Made by a program: the position numbers and the translations under genes. A stretch of 64,000 nt of DNA from positions 26,474,001 through 26,538,000 of the forward strand of contig CM069135.1 of NCBI GenBank assembly GCA_035221665.1, given 5' to 3'. The number at the start of each line of letters is the position of its first letter. The stretch's first letter is position 1. The stretch comes from Okamejei kenojei (lineage: Eukaryota). Of this stretch, positions 1-12,185 are shown in pieces. The notes beneath the pieces were generated by a model, which was not told the origin of the DNA, made no database searches, and saw only the letters and a list, made by a program, of their open reading frames with translations.

Positions 1-1491
1 CAACTGCTGATGGTAGTAGCATAATGAATTCTGAAGTGTATAGACATATTCTATCTGTAGGTATGTTACAAAACGTACCTTGAGCAGCGCTGCAGTTTGC
101 CGCTCCCCGTGTGTGTGACTTTGGCGCCTTTCAGATGGGGGCGGGTTTAAAATGCCGTTTTTCCACAGACTGGGCAAATCGATCCATGTCGGGCGATTTC
201 GTTGTTGAAGAAAAATCGCTCCGACATTTCATTCATGAAGGTATTTTTAAATTACGCTAGATTATTTATTAACTAGAGTAATTTAAAAATCATCTTCTAA
301 AGCCGTGAGCACCGACAACGGGAAGGATTTTACGTAGGGGAGAAAATAAAGTACACAGTTTATTTTTACATTAAAACTTGGTTTTTAGGAAGCCTTTAAT
401 CACATTTTCATGTTGCGAAATGGAGACAAAAAAAATGTATGAACCGGCAGTGTTTTTCCTGCCGACTTCACCGCAAACCGCAACGTTCCAATCCACCGCA
501 TTCCATTAAAACCCACTCGCAAGTTGATTTAAATGGCAATTAATTTACAGGAATTAAACACTAAATTCCTTCCATTTGGCCTATAAATTCATGAAAATGA
601 GATTTAAAAATCATTATTGTGTGAATGTTATTTGGACACTTAGGCAATTTAAAAAAGTTTATCTTTTCTTAAGAAATGGATAGATGTTTAGATCTAGTAA
701 TTGAATTTTGTAATTAGTTACAATTAGGTAACTAACTAATTATATGCTTTAATTTCAGGTCATCCAAGTAATATTGTTTCATATTTGTTTCAGAATGCTT
801 CAATCTATAATAACTGAAAATTTTATTGAGTTCTCTTAATTTTTAAGAAAGTTATGGGCTTTTGACTGTCCTAGATCACAGTTTGTGTGTTAAGTCAATG
901 GAAAGGCAATTGGGAACAAGATGCTAATTTCCGAGTATGAAAATGGCCATACCCTTTTTAATACTGAAGATATGAAAGTGAATTAGGTGTCAAATTAAAC
1001 TTATTTTTATGCTTTATCTGAAGGGAAAAATTGCAGACTTGATTTTTTAAATCTCAAAATGTTGTAACATTGCTACTATCTGCTCAAGTTCAGACAAATG
1101 CCTCAAAACTCATTGGCTGGTGATTCATTCTACAGCAAGCCAATGATCCCAAACATACTGCTAAAGCAACAAAGGAGTTTTCAGAGTAAATAATTGTCAT
1201 TTCTTGAGTGGCCAAGTCAATCACCCGATCTGAACCCAATTGAACATGCCTTTTATATGCTGAAGTGAAAATTAAAAGAGGACTAGCCCCTAAAACAAGC
1301 ATAAGCTAAAGATGGCGGCAATAAAGGCCTGGCAGAGCATCACCAGAGAAGACACCCAGCAACTGGTGATGTCCATGTATCACAGAATCCAAGCAGTCAT
1401 TGCATGCAAAAGATATGCAACAAAATACTAAACATGACTACTTCCATTTGCATGACATTACTGTGTCCCAAACATTATGGTGCCCTGAAAT

Positions 1492-1526
<35 letters not shown>

Positions 1527-1720
1527 CGGGGACTGTGTATAAACACAGCTACAATTTCTACATGGCGAAACCAAAATGTGTAAAAATGGCCTTTATTAAA
1601 ATCTGACAATGTTCACTTTAACCACGTGTGATTGTTTTCTATTACAAATCTCAAATTGTGGAGTACAGAGGCAAATAAATAAATGATGGGTCTTTGTCCC
1701 AAATATTATGGGGGGCATTC
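1..1720 (+). mobile_element. Tc1/mariner transposon, 3' part (degenerate transposase and right IR/DR-type TIR), interrupted at 58-1075
   Basis: 1-57 plus 1076-1720 align with 43901-44553. Remnants of ILQQxNDPKH and EWPSQSPDLNPIEH. Ends GTCCCAAATATTATGGGGGGCATTC followed by TA. Confidence 0.9.
58..1075. mobile_element. Non-autonomous TIR DNA transposon, superfamily unassigned (TAG...CTA ends, 7-bp TSD)
   Basis: Ends TAGGTATGTTACAA and TTGTAACATTGCTA (imperfect 14-bp inverted repeat). CTATCTG duplicated at 51-57 and 1076-1082. The empty site is seen in the second Tc1 copy. No ORF. Confidence 0.85.
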
Positions 1721-3480
1721 TATGACCTCATATGCCACATATGACCTTCCAGTGCTCTTTGTCACAAGCTCGGATTGAAAGAATGTAGATTTAGCATCAT
1801 TGGAACAGTCTATGCTGAGGTAATTATCCTTACACAATTGAGACCAAGGGGATATTTAAAAAACTGCTATTACTGGAAAATTGAAGGAAAATAAAATTGC
1901 TGGAAAAGCAGGTAAAGCAGCATCTACAGAAATGGAAACAAGAGTTAACATGTCAGTTCCGAGATCCTGCTATTTCTCTTTCTAGAGATGGTAACTGGCT
2001 CACTGAAGGATTCCAGCATTTTCTGATACTGAGGGAACATTTCTTTGAGGTGCGATAAATTACAAGAGGACTATAAAGGGCAAACAGCAAGGACCTATTT
2101 CCCTTCGAAGATATGTTAGTCGGTAATATACGTGGATTCAAATTAATTGATGGAGAAATTAGAGGGAAATTGAGCAAAAAAATCTTCAGTCTGAAAGGAT
2201 TGTGAAGGTAAAAATCTTCACTACATTTATTATCTACCATGACAATCTGAAGAATCTGCAAACTTAATGGAAGTAGAATCAACCCAAAGCCAATTGTTAT
2301 GATGACATGGACCCGCTGGGCCAAATGGCTTCCGTTTGGTACTGTAAATATCTAATTCCTAATAAAGTTGGATGAAAATGCAAAACTGGTAAATTTACAC
2401 TGAAGAAAAAACAATGTTTTAAAATAACATGAGTCAAAATGAGATACCAATGATTCATTGGTGAAAAAAAAAACATTTGCTCACAAAAAAATCCCAAAAT
2501 ACCTTTGCATGCCATAACGTGTTATAAAATATAGTGTATACTCTTTTAAAATGTATCCATTCTTTAAAACACTTGGTTATAAAGGACAAGGATTCCCAAG
2601 ATGTCTTTTGATCATTATCAAGCATTCTTATGCAAATCCTTTTGCAGCAGAGATCGCTGACAGAAATTGGGTCAGCCTATCTAGATATTTCCATAAACGG
2701 CACAGATTGAAATCGAAACACAGCTGGCCCAAAAATCACCGACTCCTGAACAATATTTTCACATATTTCAAAGCAGCATAGGCTACATCGACAGCATATG
2801 TGTGAAGAATTGCAAGTTGAAAAAATAATTTATTTACTTTTTGTTATGTACATAAATTCTGTAAAAGCAACTCCATATCTCTTGGGGAGCAAGTTGTACA
2901 TTATGCAAGGGCTAATTTCTGTAAGGCCGATCCAAACAGTTGTAACATGAGCTTTATTGTATTGATTTTCAAACACTATTTTACTGCTGTTTACGCTCTG
3001 CTAATTTACAGCAATATGCCTCTCCTCCCACCCACCACTTACCCTCCTACACAGGCTACATAAAGCACACTCTATAGTACTCCAATTAAAACATAATACA
3101 TTTCATTATCACACTTACATGGTCTCATGGACTTCCTAGTGAGTTTAGCTTGGAAAAGAATGCTCAAGAATTTCAAACCAGCAACATAAGCCCTGGGTAA
3201 CTGTCCTGCTAAACTTTCCTCTTCTGACCAAGGCTGTATAAATATTTAATAAATATCAGTACAATAATTCCATATATTTCAGAGTCCTGTTGATTTTTAA
3301 TGCCCATTTTATTGCTGATAAGGATAGAACAAATTGCAATCTGCCACTTCCCACCGTGAGCCTCCCCACCCCATTCCTCAGTTCGTTCCAGGCAGAAAAC
3401 AGCGCAATATTACATTCATTGGAACAATCAGTTTTCAACAGTCAGTTTTCGGTCTTCATCCGAAGAAGGGTCTTTATCTG

Positions 3481-3806
3481 AAGATTGTTTCCGATGTTGG
3501 GGAAGTCCAGAACAAGAGGTCACAGTTTAAGGATAAGGGGGAAGTCTTTTAGGTGAGAAAATCATTTTTCACAGAGAGTGTGAATCTGTGGAATTCTCTG
3601 CCACAGAAGGTAGTTGAGGCCAGTTCACTGGCTATATTTAAGAGGGAGTTAGATGTGGCCCTTGTGGCTAAAGGGATCAGGGAGTATGGAGAGAAGGCAG
3701 GTACAGGATACTGAGTTGGATGATCAGCCACGATCATATTGAATGGCGGTGCAGGCTCGAAGGGCTGAATGGCCTACTCCTGCACCTATTTTCTATGTTT
3801 CTATGA
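3481..3806 (+). mobile_element. CR1/HER1-type LINE 3' fragment inserted in a Penelope pLTR
   Basis: Encodes [18 protein letters not shown]-type C-terminus and has a TTCTATGTTTCTATG tail. The pLTR halves lie at 3455-3480 and 3806-3880. Confidence 0.85.
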
Positions 3807-3904
3807 AATGTCACCTATTCCTTTTCTCCAAAGATGCTGCCTGGCCTGCTGAGTTATTCCAGCTTTTTATGTCTAGTATCCAACGTAGTTGTGCTAACTT
3901 CACA

Positions 3905-4465
3905 CTTCCCATCACAGCCATTCGGAGTTATACAGCGAGGAAACAGGCCCTTTAGCCCAACTTGCCTACACCGACCAACATGTCCCGTCTACACCAGTCC
4001 TACCTGCTGCCGTTTGGCCAATATCCCTCCAAATCAATCCTTTCCATGAACCTGTCCAAATGTTTTTTTTTTTAATATGGTGATAGTATCTGCATCAACT
4101 ACCTCCTCTGACAGCTTGTTCCATATACCTACCAACCACCCTTTGTGTAAAACAAAAGTTGCCCCTCAGGTTCCTATTAAATCTTTCTCCCCTCATCTAA
4201 AACCTATGCCCTCTGGTTCTTGATTCACCTGCTTTGGGTAAGAAATTCTGTGCATTTATCCGATCTATTCTTCTCATGATCTTATACACCTCTATAAGAT
4301 TATCCCTCGTCCTCTAGAGGCAATTTAAGAGACCAATTAACCTACAACCGCGGATGTCTTTGAGGTGTAGGAGGAAACTGGAGCACCCTGAGGAAACCCA
4401 CATGGGCACCACGTCTTTGATGCTGTGAGACAGGGCCTCCGCCAGCTGTGTCACTGTGTTGTCCC
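3905..4465 (-). mobile_element. Old CR1-type 3' fragment followed by a V-SINE fragment
   Basis: Similar to other CR1 tails and SINE bodies in the window (GGAGGAAACTGGAGCACCC...GGAAACCCAC). Confidence 0.65.
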
Positions 4466-4880
4466 GGAATTATAAAAAATAAAGGACGATTTATAAAGAG
4501 CAAATTATTCAAGTCCAGGCTAGCTAGATTCTCCCTCCAATGTACTTAAGGACTTTCTTCGCAGCATCTCTGACGAGATTCCAACCCCCCCTTAATGCAC
4601 TAAATCCAATTCAGCCGCTTCCTGGCATCACTGCCTCATCAGTTGCCTGTGGAGTTCCCAAATTCCAACTTCTTTTCAGCTCCACTGTTCATTCTCAAAC
4701 ACCAGCTATCAAACTATCCCTTTTAGCGTCTATGACTTTTCCAATGTCAGTCTCGATATTTTCTCAGCTGTACTCTCTGAACCTTGGATGACCTCCAGTT
4801 CACTGGCATTTTCCCCATCCTAATGCTTAATCCCTCACCTGAGAATTTTCAAATCTCATTATACTCAGCTCCATAACTAA

Positions 4881-5282
4881 AGGGGCTATCCCACTTGGGC
4901 GACCTAATCTGCGAGTTTTGAAGAGTGTCTTCGACCTTCAAACTCGCAGCATGGTCGACACTGGTCCTAGGAGGTCGCTGGAACTCTCCTTCATGCTCGA
5001 GGGAAGTTCCCGAATACTCGTGACCTCATCTAGGTTGCGGAAAATTTGTCAGCATGTTGAAAAATTTTCCGCGAGTAAAACTTGGTCGGCATGGTTCTTT
5101 TGAACTCGTAGAGCAGTGGAGTGGGGTCGCTATTTAGTTACAGGCAGTCGAGGGCAATCTCCTTGGCTGACCGGGCTTTTTGATTCATCGCGGGTGTGAA
5201 TGTCACAGCGCTTCCGGGGGGATGGGGGGGGGGGGGGGGGTGTGGGTATGTGGATTTGGTCGCCCAAGTGGGACAACTCCCT
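4881..5282. mobile_element. PIF/Harbinger-like MITE
   Basis: TIRs AGGGGCTATCCCACTTGGGCGACC and GGTCGCCCAAGTGGGACAACTCCCT, flanked by TAA-like trinucleotides. Confidence 0.75.
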
Positions 5283-5749
5283 AAATTCTAAACCTTTACT
5301 GTCACTCCCTCCAAGCCACACTCTCCTCAACCACCTGCTTCCTCCAAAGACTCAGAGATATCTCATTCATTGTTTATTTATATATACATGTTTCAGCACT
5401 GCAAGGACATTTAATTGTCTGCGCAAAATTAGGTTATATGACAAGCCACCTTTTGAATTTGCCTACATGGGGTGGAGAGGGGTGCCATGAGTTCTAGCAA
5501 TTCAAAAGAAAAGTCACCTACAAGATTGGAAAAAGGTGTTTGGAGATGGAAATGGATTGAAAGCCAGGAACCATTTGTATAATTGTACAGCATGATCTTC
5601 ATTTCCCCATTTCCAGCACTATGTTTAAATATCTAGTGTAACCAACAGCAATGATTTGTAAAAGGTTCTATTTATTTCAAAGATCCTCCACAAAGTTAAT
5701 TTTAAACCAGTGGTACTGAACACTTAGATACAAGGAACTAAATGCTAAT

Positions 5750-6240
5750 TTACAAAAAAAAAGACAGTACTGGAATAACTCAGTGGGTCAGGCAGCATCT
5801 CTGCTGAACATGGACAGATGACATTTCAGGTCGGGACTCTTCTTCAGACTGATTGTAGTAGTCAATCACTACACAATGAGAGTAGTTGTTCACTACTCAT
5901 GACTCTGAGAGGCGGGTTCAGGACAAAGCCAGGTAAATGATATGTGGACAAGTGGAACTGCAGGTGCTGGTTTACAAAAGAAGACACAAAGTGCTGGAGT
6001 AACTCAGAGGGTCAGGCAGCATATCTGGAGAACATGGATAGGTGACGTTTCAGATAGATACCGGAGAGGGGGGGGTTTGATTAGCAGACGGGTGGACAAA
6101 GGCCAGATGGGAAGATGCGAAAGGAGAGACGAAGCATGAAATGTGAAGCCAAAGGAAAGGACATAAGTGGAAGAGGCAAAGGGTATGCAGGGGAGGGAAG
6201 TGTGAGAAAAAGGTGCTCAATCAGGTAGTTCACGGTACTG
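5750..6240 (-). mobile_element. Two degenerate Penelope pseudo-LTR remnants
   Basis: ACTCAGnGGGTCAGGCAGCAT...TGACnTTTCAG occurs twice. Hammerhead-like core on the minus strand at about 5820-5848. Confidence 0.7.
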
Positions 6241-7479
6241 AAAAGTTGTTCTGTCGCTAAATTTATTTTAAAAGCTTTTTAAAAATGAGGTAACAAAGAG
6301 GAATTAACCATTCTGTGCCCCATTTGCTACTTTTCAATCTAGATTTAGTCCTGAATGTGGGGATCCCAGATCTCCCATCTGAACAGCACTGTGCGAGTAC
6401 TATTTTCATTAGAAGCATTGCAGAGAATCGTGGTGACTCACTACCATCTCATCATGTGTATTTAAAGACAGATAATAAATTCCAGTTTTGCTCATGAATT
6501 AATTAAAACAAAATGCTTACAGTTGTAAGATGGTTTGCGTTAATATTGTTTTGCCTTTTTTTCGGGAATATACATCAGTGAATCTTAATGTAATGATAAG
6601 TTTGACATCAACTGGTATTACATTATCAATTAAGGGAGATATAACTTTTAACTGTTTCCTTCCATGGTTCTGGTCCACAGATAAAACTTGGGTAAATAGG
6701 TGTCAGAAAAGCATTGATTATGCATAAACTCATTTAAATAGATTTAAACCCTTTGTGCACCCACATCTTCACCAAAGAGCTAAAAACAGTTGAATAACAT
6801 CCGCCAATAGGATTTCAATAAATTCCTTCGCTGTATTTTCAGAGATGTGCTTTTGCTCTGAACTGTATTTCGTCTGGGAATACGAGAAGCTGAAGCACAG
6901 ATGAAGTGTACATATCGTGACGATAGAAAGTGAAACGCAAGAACATTTCCTTTGACTACCACAATTTTTTTTGAAAATACTCTTTTTAAAGTGGATACGA
7001 TAAGAAAATCAAACAAGGAAAAAAAAACACATTTTTACCTTTAGCATAATATTTAGGCTGTATTTGTCACCTGTATTGCAAATCTGATTTAAGAAAAACA
7101 ACAAATCTACATGGGCCAACTGCCTAGAAAATGATGAATAATACAATCATATGAATTTATTATAAAACAGGCCATTTGACCCATCATGCTTATACATAAG
7201 AACTGATTTATCCCTGCTAATGGATGTGATTAATCACTTGCCGAGTTTTTACTTCACTCCTGGTACGATGACGCATTTAATCAGCTCCTGTCGCTAGGTA
7301 CTAGCTTTGTTCCCGACTCTTGCGTGGGCTCTAAACACTCTTTGACCTTGCTTTTTAACCAACAATCCTATCTGCGCCAACTTCTGTGCCTGCTTTAAGT
7401 TCAGTTTCTGCTTCTCTGTACATGCTTCTGTACCTGACTAAGCAGTTTCCCAGTTGATTTCAAATATCTACAATATCTT

Positions 7480-8017
7480 CTGCAGTTGTATAGGGTTCTG
7501 GTGAGACCACATCTGGAGTATTGTGTACAGTTTTGGTCTCCTAATTTGAGGAAGGACATCCTTGTGATTGAGGCAGTGCAGTGTAGGTTCACGAGATTGA
7601 TCTCTGGGATGGCGGGACTGTCATATGAGGAAAGATTGAAAAGACTAGGCTTGTATTCACTGGAGTTTAGAAGGATGAGGGGGAATCTTATAGAAACATA
7701 TAAAATTATAAAAGGACTGGACAAGCTAGATGCAGGAAAAACATTCCCAATGTTGGGCGAGTCCAGAACCAGGGGCCACAGTCTTAGAATAAAGGGGAGG
7801 TCATTTAAGACTGAGGTGAGAAAATACTTTTTTTACCCAGAGAGTTGTGAATTTATGGAATTCCCTGCCACAGTGGAGGCCACGTCACTGGATGGATTTA
7901 AGAGAGAATTAGATAGAGCTCTAGGGGCTAGTGGAGTCAAGGGATATGGGGAGAAGGCAGGCACGGGTTATTGATGGAGAACGATCAGCCATGATCACAA
8001 TGAATGTTTCTATGTTT
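7480..8017 (+). mobile_element. CR1/HER1-type LINE 3' fragment
   Basis: ORF 7486-7974 contains [15 protein letters not shown]...LEFRRMRGNLIETYKI...RTRGHSLRI, followed by a TGTTTCTATGTTTC tail. Confidence 0.93.
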
Positions 8018-8954
8018 CCTTTTGCTTCGACATTTTCTGGACATTTTTCTACTTCACAGCTGAAGTCCTTCAGAAGGCAGTTTCATTCCAGAAAACATTA
8101 TGCCAAGACAACTGAGCATGTCAATATCTGGGGAAAGTGAGGGAAGAGGAGGAGAGGAAACTTGATTGTTATGAACAAAAAACCACATAGAAATAGAGGT
8201 AGCAAGAAGATAGAAATATTAAGGGGGAAAAACAAAGACTACTTTAATTGAAAAACAATATGTGCAATAAAAAAGTGACCTCATGCATTTCTGGCAATAG
8301 ATGACACATCTATAATTTGAACATAAGGCATGCTAAAGACACAGTGCAGCCGATTACAGAGTACACATATACTCTGATGGTGTGTACATTGAGGCATAAG
8401 ACCTGGCATTCACTCAGAGTGCTTGATGCATACTCACTCAGCCACTGATAATCTGCTTCATAATGTTCATAATGAGAAATAGGCCCTGGGCCACAGTGAT
8501 GGAAAACATATGTGTGCTTCAAAATAATACTCAAACCTGCCCAAGCTTTCTTTAAAGATGTAGCAGATAGTAAAGCGCATCAGTCAAAAATGAGTGGGGA
8601 GGGGTAAGGTCAATGTTGGAGTACAAGATGCTTTACAATTTATATTTCCAGCACCCAGAAATAACAAATAAAGCATCCTTCCTGCAGTTTAATCACAATA
8701 CTACCCAAATCCTATGATAGTTTATCCTTCAGTTTTACCTATTCTCCAAGCCTTTGTTAATTACTGCCTCTTTTTATTTTCAGCTGCGCGTTCCGATTGA
8801 AATTGTGCAGACTGGTGCCAGTTGTTCGGCACAGAGCTTGAGGGTAGAGGGTGAAACATTGTCCGGCCCTGGAGATTTCCAGCTTTTCTGTCTCCTGAAT
8901 AGCTTTTCCGTCTTCTCAATTGCTTTTGTTAATGTTAGTGTGTAATAAATGGAA

Positions 8955-9525
8955 GTTTAGTTTACTTATTTTAGAGACACAACTTGGAAATAGGCCCTTT
9001 GGCACACCGAGTCCACACAGACCATCGATCATCCGTTCAAATTAGTTCTGTTGTCTCACTTTCGCATCCACTCCCTACACAATGGGGGCAATTGACACTG
9101 GCCAATTATCCTAAAGTTCATTCATTTTTGGATGTGGGAGGAAACTGGAGCAATAAACAATAGGTGCAGGAGTAGGCCAATCAGTACCCCGTTCCTGCCC
9201 TCTCCCCATATCCCTTGACTCCGATATCTTTAAGAGCTCCATCTATCTCTCTCTTGAAAGCATTCAGAGAATCGGCCTCCACTGTCTTCTGAGGCAGAGA
9301 TTTCGAAATTTACAACTATCTGGGTGAAAATGTTTTTCCTCATCTCTGTTCCAAATGGCCTACCCCTTATTCTTAAACTGTGGCCCCTGGCAGCTGGAGG
9401 AAACCCACACAATCACTGGGAGAATGTGCAAACTCACACTGACAGCACCCGAGGTCAGGATTGAACTCGGTCTCTGGTGCTGTGAGGCAGCAGCTCCTCC
9501 CAGCTGCATCACTGTGCCACCCTGC
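8955..9525 (-). mobile_element. HE1-like tRNA-derived V-SINE interrupted by a CR1 3' fragment (about 9152-9390)
   Basis: SINE head (GGTGGCACAGTG...GCTGCCTCACAGCACC...GTTCAATCC on minus) and tail. GGAGGAAAC recurs on both sides of the CR1 piece. Confidence 0.75.
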
Positions 9526-10279
9526 GTAGAAAACATGCTCTTCTCTTCGACAAAATAAGAACAATTGTCCAGGCCAAGAGGGAACGCTCATCTGACAGAT
9601 TATATCCCCCAGCAATACATCATTCAGTAATTCAGTTCTGTCACTATAGATTACAGTACTTGTGTGCCTGGAGTAGATCTTTCTCATTATCCTCTATGCC
9701 AAACTACATTGCTCTCTTCCAATGCCAATGCATGGCACCCTCCTACACACTCCTGAAGGTGTCATCACACAGTGTCAAAGCAAAACACATTCCTTTTGAA
9801 AGTACACCATCTTTTCCAAACTATCTAATCTATCTGAAATATACAAAGCATGCACTATCAAAGATAACACCAAGCCAGTCTCCCCAAGTCAAAATCAGCC
9901 ACTATCCCAACTTTTCATGCCAAAGCACGACAGTGGCCAAACCATTCCCTGCAACAAAAACCACCAGCCTTACCACCCTGCACTAATGACAACTAGCCCT
10001 GCCCCTTCCTCCTCAATCATAGGGGCAGTGAATCATTTCCCACATCGCCCCTTCTGCCAAAACATGTCATTCTCCCATGCAAAAACTTATCACTCTGCCC
10101 GCATTAAAGTCCCCCCCCCCCCCCCCCTGCTGTGTGCCCGGGCTTGCCATCCATGCGGACTCATGCCCCCTAACAAACCACACCGCGGGCAACATTCCCC
10201 GCAAGGCGTGGCATCTCCTGGCCACCCTCCCCACAGTTTGTTCCCTCCACGCTGGGCGCTGCAAACTCTGCCCGTGCCT

Positions 10280-10790
10280 CGGTCTGCAGTCGGGGCCGGT
10301 CGGCTGCCGTGCATCGGGACGGTGCCAGGTCCCCCCCTCTCCTCACCTGTTGCTGCTGCTGCTGCGACTCTGACTCCCGGTAGCTCCGCCACGCATGGTT
10401 CAAGCTGTCACTCGGGCTCCGGGGCATCTCTCCCCCCCACCACACACACGGACCAAACTTTTGCCGGGCTCCTCGGCAGCCCAACCTCCTGCGGGCCGGC
10501 AACTCCTGGCAGCGGTTGTTCAGTGTCGCCGCACTGCAGCTGTGGCCCTGGCCCTCTCCCTCGCCCTCTGCCGCCGCCGCCGCGCCGCCGCGTCGCTCGG
10601 TCGCTCGGCCCCTCCACCTCCTCCTCCTCCGCCGTCGCCGTCGCCGCCGCCGCCGCCTCCGTCCGTCCGTTACCCGCTCCCGTCTCGCGACCTCTGGTCC
10701 GCCTGACGTAATCACGCAACGCCCGCGCGAGACGAGCCCGGGCCGTGCAAAACCGCGCGCCTGTCAGTCAAGATTAGAGCTCGCGCCAAC
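10280..10790 (-). promoter_or_regulatory. CpG-island promoter of a minus-strand gene (probably LYST by synteny with NID1)
   Basis: Unique GC- and CpG-dense block with GCC repeats (10570-10660), TCTCGCGA (10683-10690) and TGACGTAA (10704-10711). A strong minus-strand donor lies at its left edge. In human, NID1 is followed by LYST on the same strand. Confidence 0.75.
10347..10700 (-). other. Putative first exon (5' UTR with upstream ATGs); the TSS position is approximate
   Basis: Consensus donor CAG|GTGAG with the intron GT at 10346-10345, inside the CpG island. Confidence 0.65.
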
Positions 10791-10829
10791 TGCACCTCTC
10801 TATCTGTGTGTGTGTGTGTTTACGCCGGA

Positions 10830-11035
10830 AGACAGACAGACCCACCAAATGCAACACAACTGGCAGGGACTCAAGGGACAGCCAGCCAGCATCTCTGGAG
10901 AAGAAGGGGAATGCGTGATGTTTCTCAGGTCGAGACTTTTCTTAGACTGCCCGTCCCCGCCGAGTTACTCCAGCATTTTTGCGTCTATCAGATCTTCGGC
11001 GCATAACCATCATCTTGCAGTTCCTTCCTGCACAC
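10830..11035. mobile_element. Degenerate inverted pair of Penelope pLTR remnants
   Basis: CAGCATCTCTGGAG...GTCGAGACTTTTCTTAGACT followed by the opposite-orientation GAGTTACTCCAGCA...GCAGTTCCTTCC. Confidence 0.6.
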
Positions 11036-11769
11036 ATATGTGGTTTTTCGTCTGCGAGCTGGCATTGGACTTGAGATTAGAGTGCCCCGTTGCAATCCTC
11101 GAATGTTGTTGTCACAGATCCGTTTTCACCCGTTTTCAGCCCAAAACTACACAAGCAGTAAGTAGCATTGCAAGAAAAATGCAATGCATCACTACTCCGA
11201 TCCAATTAAAACCACCGTTTACTTTGAAAACTTTCCCGTAGGTATTGTGCGTTTTGATGATTCATTTGCAGGATTTACAACCCCAACCGTCCGCAGCAAT
11301 GGCCAGACCTCAACCCCAATGTGCTTCAACGATATTCTTTGTGGTTTTGCTGCTTCCTGTAGTTACTGCGTAATAGTAATGTTGACAAAAGAGCAACGTT
11401 ATTCTGTAACATCTATTCTGAAATAAAACACCATGGCAAAATACATGTTGCTCTGAATATCAATACCTCATCAGCGTATTTCATAATTTAGCACCTAGCC
11501 TACTCACTGAAACTTCATTGCAACCACTACAATTCGCGTGAAATGTGGAAAAAACATAAAGGAATTCATAACATCGAAATCATAATTTATAATCTCAAAG
11601 AGAACATAGGCAATTTGAGTTCTCGCTAGTTTTCACCAGATAATTAATATCTGCTGGAGCATTTCAAAAACATGGAAGTAACAACCCTTGTGTTTATAAA
11701 TCGGGAAGTGTCAGGAAGGAGGAAATCAGTGTTGACCTGAACCACCGGTAGGGAAAGACTGCAATGTAC

Positions 11770-12185
11770 ACAAACTCAGGACATCCTAATAGGCTTTACA
11801 TTATGTAGTTGTGAGCCATTTTTCCGGCTGTGCCACTCCGTGCCAGTGAGGCATGCCATCTTTCCAGCACCCGCCGGGGGGTCCAACCTTGTGACTTTGG
11901 GCCTGGAGCGGGGCCGTACATCACCCGGCGCGGCCTCAATGGACATGGGACTTAACACCGCCCGCCTGGGGCTTCGACATCGGGAGAGAGATGGTGCGGG
12001 GGGGAGAGAAGAACTTTGCCTTCCATCACAGTGAGGAGGGATCCACTGTGATGGATGTTTGTGTGAATTTAATTGTTTGCATGTTTTTCTATGAATTGTT
12101 CTGTTTGTTTGTTTGTATGGCTTGTAGAAACGGAGTTTCGTTCGAGCCTCTCTGAGGTTCGAACGACAAGCAATAAAATCAAATT
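11770..12185 (+). mobile_element. Non-autonomous retroposon, 3' part (same family as 19787-20655)
   Basis: Shares CTTTGCCTTCCATCACAGTGAGGA...ACTGTGATGGATGTTT and a GTTCGAAC/GACAA/AATAAA tail with the element at 19787-20655. Confidence 0.65.

Noticed and set aside
6773-6873. Possible minus-strand exon (TKYSSEQKHISENTAKEFIEILLADVIQLF), in phase with the exon-1 ATG
   Set aside because: The donor is weak (TG|GTGAAG) and the resemblance to the LYST N-terminus is only vague. Needs RNA-seq.
9917-11241. Several long overlapping ORFs
   Set aside because: By-products of the GC-rich CpG island and triplet runs. The translations are low-complexity.
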